The notes under the pieces were generated by a model. The model was not told the origin of the DNA and did no database searches. It worked only from the letters and a program-made list of their open reading frames with translations. DNA of 64,000 bases, taken from NCBI GenBank assembly GCA_051294375.1, contig CM119267.1:8102683-8166682 (forward strand). The letters are read 5' to 3'. Positions 13,481 through 27,393 of the stretch are shown piece by piece. The first letter of the stretch is position 1. Each line of letters opens with the position of its first letter. The DNA comes from Paraspadella gotoi. Its lineage: Eukaryota > Animalia > Chaetognatha. Made by a program: the position numbers and the translations under genes.

Positions 13481-16400
13481 CCTTTTTATCACTAGCTCAC
13501 CCTCTCCCTTTTTAAAATAATTATTTTCCCCGGTTAATTTTCATTTGGTCTCCATGCGCCATTTTCCAAAACGATCTCCACTTGGCTTGTGCCCGGCAGC
13601 GAAGACCACGACCAAAAAAAAACGCGCTGTCTATTTTATTTTGCTTTTTTCCGATTAAGAAAGCCTTTAGCAGGAGCAGACGCATTTTTACCCGTCTCTA
13701 TGGAATCTTTGTCCGCCTAACCAGACCAGACTCCACTAAAAATTAGAGAGCCATTTTTGAAAATTTATTTGTCCTGGTTTGCTCAATTACATTTTGTTGA
13801 ATAAAATAAAGCTGTGGAAATCCTAACTGATAGCTGTTAGAAAAATACTTTTTGAAATTCTTCTTTCTCTGCCTATTTTTAATAGTGTGAAGGAGTGACA
13901 TATTCAGTCACGTCTCACCATCGTCATCTGCGCTCACCATCATCTCTTTCGACGTTCTTGTATGTCAGTTTTTCTTCTCGACATGGAAGTCAATATGTCC
14001 CTCGCATGCCCATTCTCTCTCTCATTTCTTCTTCCTTTCCTCATCGCATTCTCTCTCTCGTCTCATCTCGCATCCTCTCTCTTTCTTCTCTCCTTTTTTT
14101 TCCTTTCCTCTTTCTTTCTTTTCTCGGTTCTTTTCGCTTTTTCCCTTCTTGATCTCTTTCTTCTTGTCTCTTCTCTCCTTTCACATGATTTCTTTCCACC
14201 TTCCTCGGCCAGCATGTCGTATATACCAATTAGTTCCGGGTCATTTTCTCCACTTTTGGCCAACGCCAGCTGCCCTCGAGGCGGCGACGGAGCGCCGCGC
14301 CCATTTCCGGTTTTCGACGACGGAATTCTCGCTCCGACTTAACGAGGTCTTGAGTCCGAAAAGGATCTCGCTCTCGCTCTCGCTCTCGCTCTCGCTCTCG
14401 CTATCGCTCTTGCTTTGGTTTGCTCGATTCAAACGGCTCGAGTTGGATTCGCCATTAACCGGGATCGCCGGATCGAAATCGTCGCCGAAACTGATCAGCG
14501 TCAACCTCGTTGCTGAAAGGCAGCGTCCGACGCAAGTGGCCTCGTCGATCTTGCGTCAAAAAAACTGGCACCAACATTGCGGCAAACGACAGGACGGCAA
14601 ATATCTGCGACAGCGTCAACAGTGCGGCAAAAAACACAAACTACGAAGCAACGTTGTCAACGGGGCAGCAAATAATATCGTAAGCACCAACAGCAAAGGA
14701 AATAACAGAGGAGCAAATAACATCGTCAGTATCAAATGCGCATATCAGCGCAAACAGCATGGCACCAAAAGTGCGGCAAATAATATCGGGACCAACATTC
14801 AACAGTGCAAGAAACATCTGCGATTGCACCAGCAACGCGTTAAATAACAACCCTGGCACCAACAGCAATGGCATCAACAGCAATGGCATCAACATCGTCA
14901 AACGAATTCTGGGCGGAAAAACGCTTTTAATCCGATTTTCTGGTGTCGATTTTCGCGTCTCCGACTCGTCGGTCACGACGCCGCTACGATATCCGGCGAC
15001 CGACGGAGATTTCGCCGGAGAACGAGAGCTGAGGCGCCGGAAAAGGCGCAATATCGGCCAACAAGAGGCGAAGCTGGATTCGGATTTAAAGGCAACGTTG
15101 AGAGGGAGTTGGGGGGGTCTTCTCAGGGAGGCTATGACGTTGGAGGCCGTCTCGAGGGGGCGGTGGGTGTAGGGGGTCGTCCTAGGGTGCAGAGAGAATG
15201 GAGGTCTTTGCGTCGCTTCGCAAAGAGACCATAGAATCGAAAGCGGAGAAGAAACAGAATAAAACGAGAAAGAATCGCCCCAACCGTCTCTTTAAAAAAA
15301 AAAAAAAGGGAGAGAGAGAAGAAAAAAGAAGAAAGCGATCAGTCTCCTCGGCGCCTGTTAGCGCCTCCACGCCCCCTTTTCCTCCTTTTTCGGCCCTTCC
15401 TCCTTTCCTCTCCTCCTTCTTTCCTTTTTTTTTCCTTCCTTTCACTCGGGTTCTTTTCGGTCCAACGTTTTGTTTCTTTGTTGCTAAGCAGCCATTTTGT
15501 CTGGAGGCGACGAAGCGGTGACGTCACGTCGTCGTCGCCGTCAGCGGCCGGTGGCGAAGACGACGACGGAGACGACGAGCGAGACGATGACGACGACGAC
15601 GACGAAGACGACAACGGAGCTGCCGATTCTTCTTACTTTACATTTGGGTCTCTGGGAGAAGAGAAAGAAAGAAGAGGCTGGTAGAGGGTGAAGTGAAAAA
15701 AAAAAACACGAAGGAAATGAAGACAAAAGGAAAAAGAAAAAGAAAAAGAAAAAGAGGGTAGTAAATAAGAATAAAGAGAGGGAAAAAAATATGAAGAAAA
15801 NNNNNNNNNNAAAAAAAAAAAACAGGAAGTAAAAAAAAATGAAGAAAGTAAAAGCGACGTAAGAAAAGGAAAGAGAGGAAGAGTGGTTAAAAGAGAGTCG
15901 CGGTCGCATGAATCGTTACTTTGTTAATAAATAGTAAAAAACAGTCATCTTTTTTAAATGTAAAATTCATTTTTTGAATAAAATTATGCCCGAGTTTTAC
16001 TCAACCGCGAATTATTTTACGCAATGAGGTGGGAGAGGAAGACAAAAAAATACACTGATATAAACTTTAAGCCAGTTAAACAATTTAGAACAACCAACTG
16101 GTTAAATTCGAATTTAAAAAGTCCCCGACTCTGAATATATCTCCCACTCTCTCTAGTTTCCACCGAGGTCATCCGCCATCGCATATCGCCGTTTCGCCCG
16201 AAAACCGCGCCAAATCCTTTTCCAGAGACGAAAAAGAAAAGTGAGGAAAAAATTTGTTTGCGACCTTCGTCGACCCTTCGCTCTAGCGGAGGCGACCCGA
16301 ATCTCCGACGTCACCTCCTGTCACCATTCCTCTACCACAGCGACGCCGCCTCCGCCGCCGCCGCCGCCGCGCCCGCAGCGCCGAAATGTCATGTCAACTT

Positions 16401-17763
16401 GTCCAATGTCGTGTCAAAGAAACGTCAGAGGTTGACGTCGCCACCGATGGCGCCACCGACGTCCATCGGCGTCGCTTTGGATTCCTCGTCCGCGACGACG
16501 TGAGAGATGTTTCATGTCAGCGAACCCAGGACGGAGGCCAACAGGCGACAGAGCGGCAGCGTAACAAGTATCTAAATACATATATTAGGTATAACTAAAC
16601 CGAGTCAAAATGTAAAAATCGGTTGATATCACAAAAAACTGAAGACTTGGAGTTTATTCAGTTTCGAAAAACCCGGATGTGATTGAAACGGATGCGGAAG
16701 TCGGCGGAGATTTTGAAATCGCGTGACTGATGACTTTTTTTTCTTTCCCTTTTTTTTTACGCCTCGTGTTTTTTTTTTAAGAGGAAAAATGACTTTTTTC
16801 CTGCTTGGTTCTTTTTTAATGCATGACGAGAGAAATTTTAATGGTAATGGTCGTTTCATAGCAAGTATGTCGTTGGTTCGACGATAGAATTCGGGAGTGA
16901 AGGCGAGCGCACGAAAAAAAAATTCAAGCTCCCTTTCGAGCTCTACTTTAATTAGTGTCATAATTGAGCCCATAGTTTTACTATATTTTAAGAATTTAAA
17001 TCGTCATCATAACATCTTTTCATTTTTTATTTTGGGTGGTTTTTTTTCCCCCCTCTTCTGTGACCAAAAGGAAAAAAAAAAAGAAAATTGGGCAGAAAAT
17101 CCTTTGGTCTTAACGCCTCACGTTGGTCGCGCAGTCCGCTAGGATCAGAGCCTCTACGACCTTTTGGATCCGAGTCTCTTGAAGACATCTTGGAGCCAGA
17201 CCCTTGACGACCGCGTGAACAACCTCCCAATCAACGAACACGTAATTTCAAGTATTTTCGTCCGATTCTCAAATCAGGAGGTCTCCGCCTTCGGCTCTCC
17301 CTCGTCGCTATGCTCTACCGCTTTGGTCCTCTATGTTCCGATCCTTCTCGACCTCCTAATAACCGCGTTAACGCCCTTTTGCCCGCCCTTTCACACACTT
17401 CCCCCCTTTCACCTTTCCACCTCACAGTCCTCACACTTCCGCCCCTACATCGTCTTCCACCCCCGCCCCCCTCGACTCTTTTATTCTCGTCCTCGAGGGA
17501 AACTTGAAGAGGGAGAGGGCGATCCCAAAATACTTCGAGGGCGGGTGGGCGGAAGGGTGGGGCGAGCGATTGGAAAGGTGGGCAGCCGGGCGGGCGGGCA
17601 ATCTAAACCTACATAAATCTAAGAATTCAATTTTTAGTGAAGTTAGGCAACTTGTTAATTCGAATCTCAAAGCTGAAGAATGATAGCCATAAAAGTTGTT
17701 AATTTTACAAAAAGTAGGATATTTTCGGTGGATCCTTCATGAGGCACGCCGGTAAGCTCGCCG

Positions 17764-17833
17764 TCGCCTGCCTTTGGCCTGCGATCGCCTGCCTTTGGCC
17801 TGCGATCGCCTGCTTTTGGCCTGCGATCGCCTG
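17764..17833. repeat. 21-bp tandem repeat, ~3.3 copies
   Basis: TCGCCTGCCTTTGGCCTGCGA unit repeated three times plus a partial copy. Confidence 0.9.
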
Positions 17834-17889
17834 GGAGAAACGAAAATCACTGTCCTTCCCCCAATGTTCTATCGCTTCTGCTTCGATTT

Positions 17890-17920
<31 letters not shown>

Positions 17921-18756
17921 GTCATCGTCTCTAAAATCGCTGTCGTCGTCATCTTTGACGTCGCTCTTGTTTTGGATATAAATAAAACAAANNNNNNNNN
18001 NNNNNNNNNNNNNNNNNNNNNNNNNNNNNNNNNNNNNNNNNNNNNNNNNNNNNNNNNNNNNNNNNNNNNNNNNNNNNNNNNNNNNNNNNNNNNNNNNNNN
18101 NNNNNNNNNNNNNNNNNNNNNNNNNNNNNNNNNNNNNNNNNNNNNNNNNNNNNNNNNNNNNNNNNNNNNNNNNNNNNNNNTCCCTCAATAACGAAATAAC
18201 AAATCTAAACTTGAGTCTGGACCTGAAAGACCCAAATTCTTCCTGAGTAATCTATGACTAATGAGAGAATAATTTTTAAATCCTCTTATTTACGTTCATC
18301 GATATAATATAATATATATATAATCAAATTTGAAGACTTTAATCTTTATTAATAAACGATCGTCTCGGGATCTCAGAATATATTCTGTGTCAATCGCAGT
18401 AAGAAACTCAAAATCCCCGAATTCTGTCAAATGAAACGAAAAATGAAGAAAAACAAAAACAAAAAAAACCGGGGAAGTATGTAAACAAAGAAAAGATCGA
18501 CTCTGGAGGCAAGAGGAGGAAGGCTTCTTAATTCTTAAACCCCGCTTTTTCTTCTAAGGAGATTTTTACGCGATTTTGCACCGTTTTTTTTTTGGTAGGC
18601 TTGGAGGGGGAGACCCTTTGAGGATTTTATTTGTTATTTTCTTTCGCATTTACGCAGAATTTGGCCTTACAGCGACGAAAGCAGAGCGATCACGTGAACT
18701 GGAGAGAGGAGAGAGAGAGAGAGAGATGAGAGGAGAAGAGAGATGAGAGAGAAGAG

Positions 18757-18802
<46 letters not shown>

Positions 18803-19114
18803 CAAGGCGTGAAGACGAAGACTAAAAATACATCTGGAACAATCTCTCTCTCTCTCTATTTCTCTCCCTCTGTCTCTCACTCTCTGTCTTTCCCTCCCAC
18901 TTTCTTTCCCACTCCCTTCCACCCACACAACATCGAGCCTTAATTCAAACAGTGACTCTTAGCTTAATTTAATTTAGATTTTGCCATTTTTTCGGTCATC
19001 CTAAATGCGTTTTTTGTACAAATAAAAAACCAAAAGGAAGACTCAAAAAGTTCGGCCGTCGTATGATTGCGCCACTTTGCATGAAACCGATCTTGTCGCC
19101 CTCTAAAATTCTCC

Positions 19115-19165
<51 letters not shown>

Positions 19166-20552
19166 CCCCCGACTTTTCATAATTCTCTCTGCCCCTCTCC
19201 TTTCCAAACGCTACGACTTCTCATCATCTAACCCAACGGAATCGCAATGTTTTGGGGGTCAACAATGATTCTGTTTTGTCGGAGGCGCATTTTGGTCTTT
19301 TCGTCGACGTCGTTGTTGTCGTTGTTTTTTTCGTCGTCGTCGTCTTAACCGTTTCGTCATCGTCGTCGTCCATGTCGTAGTCGTTGAGATCCTTCGTTCA
19401 CCTCCGAGCAACGAAGACGGTCTGCAGTTTGTTTCGAGAAAGAAACTCAGGAGTCAAAGAAAATTAAAATAAAATGAAAGATAAAGAGAGAAAATTAAAC
19501 AAAGAAACTAAAATTGAATAAACAAATCTCTCGCTAAAATCAGAAAAAACTAAAAGGCCTTGTTTTGTTTTCATTCCGCGTCAATTTTTCGAATCCACAA
19601 AAGGAAAACAAATTTTTATTTCGAAAGTTCTAAATTTAAAACCCGGTTAACTCAGCCTCGATCCATTTCCAAAATTTGACTTACCCCTTTTTTTTATCTG
19701 TTGCCTTTCATCTCTTTTTCTGATTCTTCTCTTCTTCTTACATACCATCCCTCTTCTCAGTTCTCCACAACTCCCAATCCCTCTTTTTCTTCGATGCTTA
19801 ATCAAACTTTTAATCACATCAAATTTCTTCGCGCGGAAAAAAACGAATTCTTCACCCATTTTTCTTTAAGATTTGTTCAAATTTTTTGAAACGTGTATTT
19901 TTTGTATATTGTTTTACCATTTCTGAATGCCGGTACCTAAGATATTTCGGCCAAAATGACGTACAACAAATTGATTTAATTGTCACCAAGTGAATAAAGC
20001 AAAGTTTTGTGGTTCTTTTAGTTCTCTTTAATATTTTCAGAATTCCTCCCATTTCGTACAATTAGTTTTTTCTGCTTTAAACGATTGAATTTTTTAAATA
20101 TTTTTCTTTCAAGTAAGTTTACGATTTAAGATTAAGAATATGAAAATCTCAAACGGGAAGACCAACTCTGACGTATTTTTCCGCAATCATCCAAAAAAAA
20201 ACGATAAAAGAAAAAAATTCGGGATTTTTGAAAATTCCGCGTCGCTTACTACCTTCTTCAAAACTCACTTGAAGCGGAGCTGAGAGGACGTAATGAGATT
20301 TGACGTTTCCCAGCGATGATGACGAAGTCGGAAAAAAACAACGACAACAAAGAAAGAAAGAATGACTGCGACGACGACGACGACGACAACCACAATAAAC
20401 AACCACGATGACGACAAAGACGATTTCGAACTGAAACTACGACATAATAATACAGAATTCAGAATAAAGAAGAATACAGAATAATACAGAATGTACAGAA
20501 TAAAATTGATAAGCAACTAATATGTAAAACAGACAATCACGAAGTTACATAA

Positions 20553-22150
20553 ATTTTTTTTTTTAATATTGTAAGTGTTGGTTTTTTTTGTTTTTTTTTT
20601 TTATTATTATTTATATTGTTTGCTTTATTTTTTATTTTAGTTTTTTATAGGTTTAGCTTTTTTTTTTTTATTTTATTCGTGTCTTTCTGGTTTTTTTTTT
20701 TTTTTTATTTTTTTTTTTTTATTTTTTTTTTTATTTTTAGTTTTTTTTCTATTTTAATGTTTTTTTTTTGTGATGTTTTTTTTTGTTTTTCGTTTTTATT
20801 TATTTTGTTTTAATTTTTGTATTCATAGTTTGTCTTTTAGTTTTTCTTTTTTTTATTTTTTTTCTTTAGGATTTTTTTTTTTGTTTTTTGTTTTTGTATT
20901 TTGTTATATTTTCTTATTTTGGTTTTAATTCTTATTTTTTTGTTGTTTTCTTTATTTTTTTTCTTTTTATAGTCTTTTGTCGTGTTTTATTTTTTTGTAG
21001 TTTATTTGTGTGGTATAGTGTTTTTTTTTGTGTTTTTTGTGTTTTTATGTTTTATATCTTTTTAGTTAGGTTTTTTAATATAGTTTATTTGTTTTTTGTT
21101 TTTATTTTTTGATTACTTTATCTTTTTGTTTAGGTAGTTTTTACTGTTTATTTTTTTTTTTTTACTTTTTTTGTTTTTTTTTTTTTTTTTATTTTTTTAT
21201 TATTTTTTTTATATTGTTATAGTGTTTTTTTTTTGTTAGTTTTTTTTTTTTTTTTGTTGTTAGTTTTTTTTTTTTTTTTTTTTTTGTTTTTTGTTTTTTT
21301 ATTAGTTTTCTTTTTTTTCTTTTATTTTTTATTTTTTTTAGACTTAGTTTTCTTTGTTTTATATTTTTTTTTTTTATTTTCTTTTTTTTTTTCTATCGTA
21401 TATTAATTTTACTTTTGTATTATATTTAGGTTTTTACTTATTCTTATATTTTAGTTTATTTTTATTTTTATTATTTTTATCTTTTTGCTATTTTTTCTTT
21501 TTTAGTTTTTTTAATTAGTATATTTTTTTTATTATTTTATTTTTTCTTTTATTTTTTTTCTTTTTTTTTTTATTCTTTATTTTTTTTTTTCTTGTTTATT
21601 AGTATTAGTTATGTGTAGTTTTTTTTGTTTTTATTTTATAGTTTGTGGTGTGTTTTTTTTGTGTTTAAATATATTTAATAGTATTTTTTTCTTTAGTTTT
21701 TAATTTTTTTTTTAGATCAGGTTGTTTACTTAGTAATTTTATAGTTTATTATTAGTTTAGATTTAATTTTTTTTAGGTTTATTTTTTCTATAATTTTTAG
21801 TTATAGTATAGTTTTTATGAGTAGTTTACACTCTTTTGTATTATTTTTTTTTTTATTAGATAGCTTATAGTTTTATTTAATTAGTTTAGTTTTTATATTT
21901 TTTAGTTTTTTTATTTTTCTTTGGTGGTTTTAGTGTTGTTTGTTTGGTTATTGTTGTTGTTCTTTACTGTTGGTATTTATTATGGAGGTACTTTTGTTTA
22001 TATGGGTATTCTTTCTTTTTTGTTTGTTTTTTTTTTTAGTTTGTTAAGAGTTTTTGTTTGTTAGATGGGTTTTGGATTTTATTTATTTTTTATTTAGTTT
22101 ATTTTTTTTGTTTATATTTATTTTTATTTGTTTTTTGTTTTTTTTTATTT
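20553..22150. other. 1.6-kb aperiodic, extremely T-rich low-complexity block
   Basis: Very strong T skew, C nearly absent, no periodic unit; resembles low-quality raw long-read sequence. Confidence 0.7.
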
Positions 22151-25100
22151 AGTTTGGGGTTTGTGGTTTGTTAGGAAGGACGAAAGGGAGAAAAGCGTTA
22201 AAAGAAAAACTGATTCAGAGTGAGAAAGGAGACATCGCCTTGAAAGTCGAAGCGCAAACAAAGAGATTGTTTGTGTTTTTTGTTTCGTTTTGTTTGTTGT
22301 CTTGCTTCTCGGTGTCTCTTCTCTTCCTCCCCCCTTCCTCCTCTCCCCTGCTCTCTCTCCTTGCTCCCCAAACACAATTTTATCTCTTTTGTTCTCTTCT
22401 CCTCTCTCTCCTCTCTCTCTCTCTCCTCCTTTCTCTTCTCTCTCACGTCATACATACATATCTTTCAATTATTTTCGTCTTCGCGATCGGGTAGACAAGT
22501 CTGAAACCTCGAAAGATATTAGTTGGCCACACTTCAACTGCGAATTTTTATTTTCTTTTTCCACCCCCCCGCACCGAAATATTTCTTACTCTCTTATCTT
22601 TCTCTTTCTTTTCTTTTAAAACGAATGGTCTTCACTCGAATGTTATGAAAGTAATTTTTTTTTAAAACTCCAATTACCTTAATTGAGAATTGCTTTCTAG
22701 TATCTCCTTATCTTTTTCGACCCATTATCGTTACCACAAAGTATGTGTCAACTTTAATTGTCGGTGCGAAAACGCCTCGCATCTTCTTAAATTCGTTAAT
22801 CTCTCATTCGTCTTCTCATTCTACGTCAAGACAAAAAGTTTTTCTCCACTAAGACCACAAAATAAAAATAACCAAAAAAAACAGCTTTGGATTTTGAAAG
22901 AAAGAGACAACCTTGCTCCAAAAAAATCTTTTCGTTATATTGTAATAAAATAAAACAACGAAATTTGGAACGAAACGTTTTTAATGTCCAAAATAGAAGA
23001 AAACAGGGGACCGGCCTCTTAAAGAAAAAGGAAAATAGCGCTTCCCGACAGGCGGTAGGGCGCGCCCAGGCGTTAACGCCAGGGTCATTTCTAACGGCTA
23101 TATTCACCAATCACCAACACTCCAATTGAATCACTCGACTCCGAACTCACCACTTTGGTTGACGCCGATCACGGATCCTGTAGGGCGAAGCTTTGAGTCG
23201 CTGAAGTCGTTTGTTATTCAAGGAAATCCATTTCTCTGTTAGTAGACATCAAATTTAAAGTCTGAAGAATTGGTGAGACTGTAAGGTTGANNNNNNNNNN
23301 NNNNNNNNNNNNNNNCTTACATAAAATTAACCTTCAAGAAGTTTTATTTAAAGACGGCATCAACGCATATAGAAAAAAAAAAAAATCCCCGCCTCGTCTG
23401 AAGCGCATAAGCAGCGAAAAATCACCACACACAATTAGTGTATCAAGATGATTCAGATTTCAAAAACTTCACACAAAGTGATCACACACAAATATATTAA
23501 TAATTACCCCTTTATATTCAATGAAATTCTCAACATGAGAGATCCCGGTCGATTATTATCGGCTCCTAAATTATGCAAAATTAGCTTACGATCGATATTT
23601 GTCAGATAACGATGACGCTCTTATTCGCGTATTTTAAACGTTTTATTTATTGTAATTTAATAAATAATTGAATATATAGTTTTTAGAAAATATATTTATA
23701 AATATAAATAGTTATACAATTATAAATGAGACAAAATAGCAATTAAATGAGAGCTTGAATGCTTCTTTTCTTACAAAATGAGGAATTCAAAGAGATTTTT
23801 GCATAAAATTAAAAATATTAAACTATTTGCTTGCTTAATTCCTTATAATATAATATAATTTAAAGTATCATAAATTGTATAATTCATTCGTTTCAGTCCA
23901 TTATACGTGCTGTTAATAAATAGGTAAATATGGAAAACTTGATAACAAAGAGTTAAATAACTATTAAAAGTAAAATTAAAAAAAAATAATAATACTAATA
24001 TTTAATATTATTATAATATTTAATAATTAATAATAATAATAAATTTTTAAAAAAAAATACTGCAAAGAAGAATTAAATTATTTAAAATTATTAATGAATA
24101 TTTCTATATTTTTTAAAGAATTTTAATCAACTATATCTTAAGAGGAAATTTGGTGTTATTCTTTCGGTTTCGTTGCGTAAGTAGTATTAAAATTTTTTTT
24201 TTTTTCAGAAACAAAAAAAAAAAACTGGAAATTTTAACATTTTAGAACAAAGCCTTGCGAAAGCAGTGGCAATTTTAGTGGTTAGTCTAATCTTACGTTC
24301 ATATACTCATAATAACAGACTTTTACATAAACTGGATTATATTTTACATAATAATTTGCGAAAAATATTGTTTCTTCAGACGAAAAAAAAGTTTTATAAA
24401 AGCTACAAAACTGAAAGCCTAAATTCCAATAAATTGATAAATTTCTTAGGCTATTACATAATAATAAGTGAAAAGATCAAGTTTCAATATCAAGAATCAA
24501 TGATTAAGTTATGATTATGTTTGAATGATCGGGACAGAAAATTCAAATTACGATCTAAAGAAAAATATACTAAATTTGGAATAGCAATAACATGATTGGA
24601 CGACTTGGATCCTTTGTGGTTCGAGTCGCCGTGCATAAACCGGACTCATTTCTTTGATATGTAGCTGCCAATCACTCCGTAGTGCCGATTAACTCATTGA
24701 TCTGATATTTCTTCCTGATCTTATACTCTCTCGTCTTTTTCTGAAGGGTGAAAAGCGATGGATAGTTTGAACGTTTGTCGCCCTTTCTCTTTAAACTTTG
24801 CACGTTCTTTCGTTTTATTCCTCTTTCAATATTGAACGTTCTTTCTTTTTTTAAATTCCTTTTATTTCTCTTTCAACCTTTGTCGATTTCTCTCTTTATT
24901 ATGTTTTGTTTCGCAGTCTTGTGTTTATTCGGCTCCCGCACGAAAAGGGGACGAGAAGAAGATTTAAAGTCGACCCTTCTTAATTTCGTGGGTCAAATTT
25001 CTTTTCAAACTTTTTTCGATTTGATTTTACGAAATCCCGTTCGTTCGTTTCCACGTTTGTACGTTTTTATCAAATGTTTATTTCGACAATTAAGCTTTTT

Positions 25101-27339
25101 TCAACAGCCTTTTTTTATGTAGTAGCGACGGCGGGACTATTTGTCGTGACGATGGGAGTTTTCACGTTTCGCCAAGAATACTGACGAGTGACGAGTAAAG
25201 TAATGACGTTACTACGAAATCAAATACAATAACGATGCAATTAAATCGTTGCGATCGATGAAGTGAGCCAAAGTTAATTTTTAAGGAAGTCACGAGTCAT
25301 GATTATTTATTTGGGTTAAGAGCCTATGCTTTGTAAGAAGAACGTATTTATGATGAAATTTATTACGAAAATTTCACGCAATTAATACTGCAAAGGTGAT
25401 ATTGAGTCAATCGATCGTAATTTTGAGTTATTCCCCGGAAATTTTTTTTTTTCGCTTCTCTTCGCTTAACTTAGAAAAGAAAACGAAACGAAAGAATTTT
25501 CTTTCTCTCTCTTTCTCTCGTTCTCTCTCTTTTTCTCCGGGACCCTCGAGCCTTCGATCGGCTGGGCTTTTTNNNNNNNNNNNNNNNNNNNNNNNNNNNN
25601 NNNNNNNNNNNNNNNNNNNNNNNNNNNNNNNNNNNNNNNNNNNNNNNNNNNNNNNNNNNNNNNNNNNNNNNNNNNNNNNNNNNNNNNNNNNNNNNNNNNN
25701 NNNNNNNNNNNNNNNNNNNNNNNNNNNNNNNNNNNNNNNNNNNNNNNNNNNNNNNNNNNNNNNNNNNNNNNNNNNNNNNNNNNNNNNNNNNNNNNNNNNN
25801 NNNNNNNNNNNNNNNNNNNNNNNNNNNNNNNNNNNNNNNNNNNNNNNNNNNNNNNNNNNNNNNNNNNNNNNNNNNNNNNNNNNNNNNNNNNNNNNNNNNN
25901 NNNNNNNNNNNNNNNNNNNNNNNNNNNNNNNNNNNNNNNNNNNNNNNNNNNNNNNNNNNNNNNNNNNNNNNNNNNGAGAGAGAGAGAGAGAGAGAGCGAG
26001 AAATATGGATCGGATTTGCTTCCATGTGAGAAAAAATGAAAACGTCAATATGTGTGTGTGAATATGTCACTCCATTCAACTATAAAAAATAGAATAAGAT
26101 CAATGATCAACAAAATTATGAGCAACCAGGACAAATAAATTCAAATGGTCTAATTTTAGTGAAGGCTGAAGGAAGAGACGGAAAAATGAGTCTGTCGGCT
26201 AAAGTTACGCGTAATCGAAAGCATAAATAAAGCGTTTTTTGGTCTGCGGAGCCTGTGGTGTTTCGTCTTGGAGAATAAGAAGAGTTTTTGAGAAATAAAG
26301 GAGACGGCGAACCCTTGCCCTCTTTCTTAAAATCTCTATTGTCTAAGGGGCCAATCGTCCCATCGCCTCCGGGTTTGTTGATCCTCATCCGGGCTCACTC
26401 GAACACGTATTCTCCTCGAGCCACCATCCTGGGCTCATGGCTCCCAGAATCGCGGGTGCCAAAGGTTAGGAGCGATGGATAAAGGACTCTTCTTGCCCAA
26501 CCGACCGACCGACCGACCAAAGATCCTCGCTCGAACGAATCTCGTTGCTTCGTCTTTTCGGAGAAAGATTCTCTTTATCCTTTTTTTTTTCGGACGACAG
26601 AAGATGCGACTTCCGCCGCCGCCGCCCTCATTGTCATCCTTCCTCCTCTTACTCTTCCTCCTCCTCCTCTTCCGTCGACCGCATGTTCGAAAAGGCTTCC
26701 TCCTCATTGCCTCTCCGGATACTACAAGACTACGGTTGACGGCTTTGGCTAATTGACCTTCAATCCAGACGAGGACGACGACGACCGCGACAAAGACGAT
26801 TCTTTGGAAGGGAACTTATTTGCCCGCAGGTTTTTTTTGGACTTGCCCAGTCAAGTTTTTAATCATATTTTCAAGAAAATTACGCAATTTTTTTTAAATG
26901 ATCATTTTTATTAGGATTTGATAAGAAAATAAAGTAAAGTAAAGTTTTATACAGAAGTGTTAAATATTTTTAAGTGACCCAGAAAATTTAATATTAAGCT
27001 TGCCTTTCCTGTTCATTTGTTACTTATACAGATACATATATATATATTAGCTACGTGTATTTTTACACTCAATCTACCGAAATCTGCCGAACGCGTTCAA
27101 ACCGATAGCCCGATTGTTCGAAAGTTGCCATTCACGCGATGCCATCCTCGTTTTCGAAAAAAAAGTGAAGCCGTGGGAATGAGTCTGGAATCGTCGTCGT
27201 CGTTTTCGTCGTCGTCAACGTCGTCGCGTTTTTCCCCGCGGGCGAAGACAGAAAAAATCGCCGATCCAAAAGTGGAATGAGCCTTCATTGCCAAACGAGT
27301 TAATTTCCTATTCGTGACCCAGGAATATTCTCTTTCTCT

Positions 27340-27393
<54 letters not shown>

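Noticed and set aside
20553-22150. Mitochondrial-like T-rich insertion (NUMT) or Phe-rich membrane protein ORFs
   Set aside because: No mitochondrial gene motifs or tRNAs recognised; composition fits low-quality read noise.
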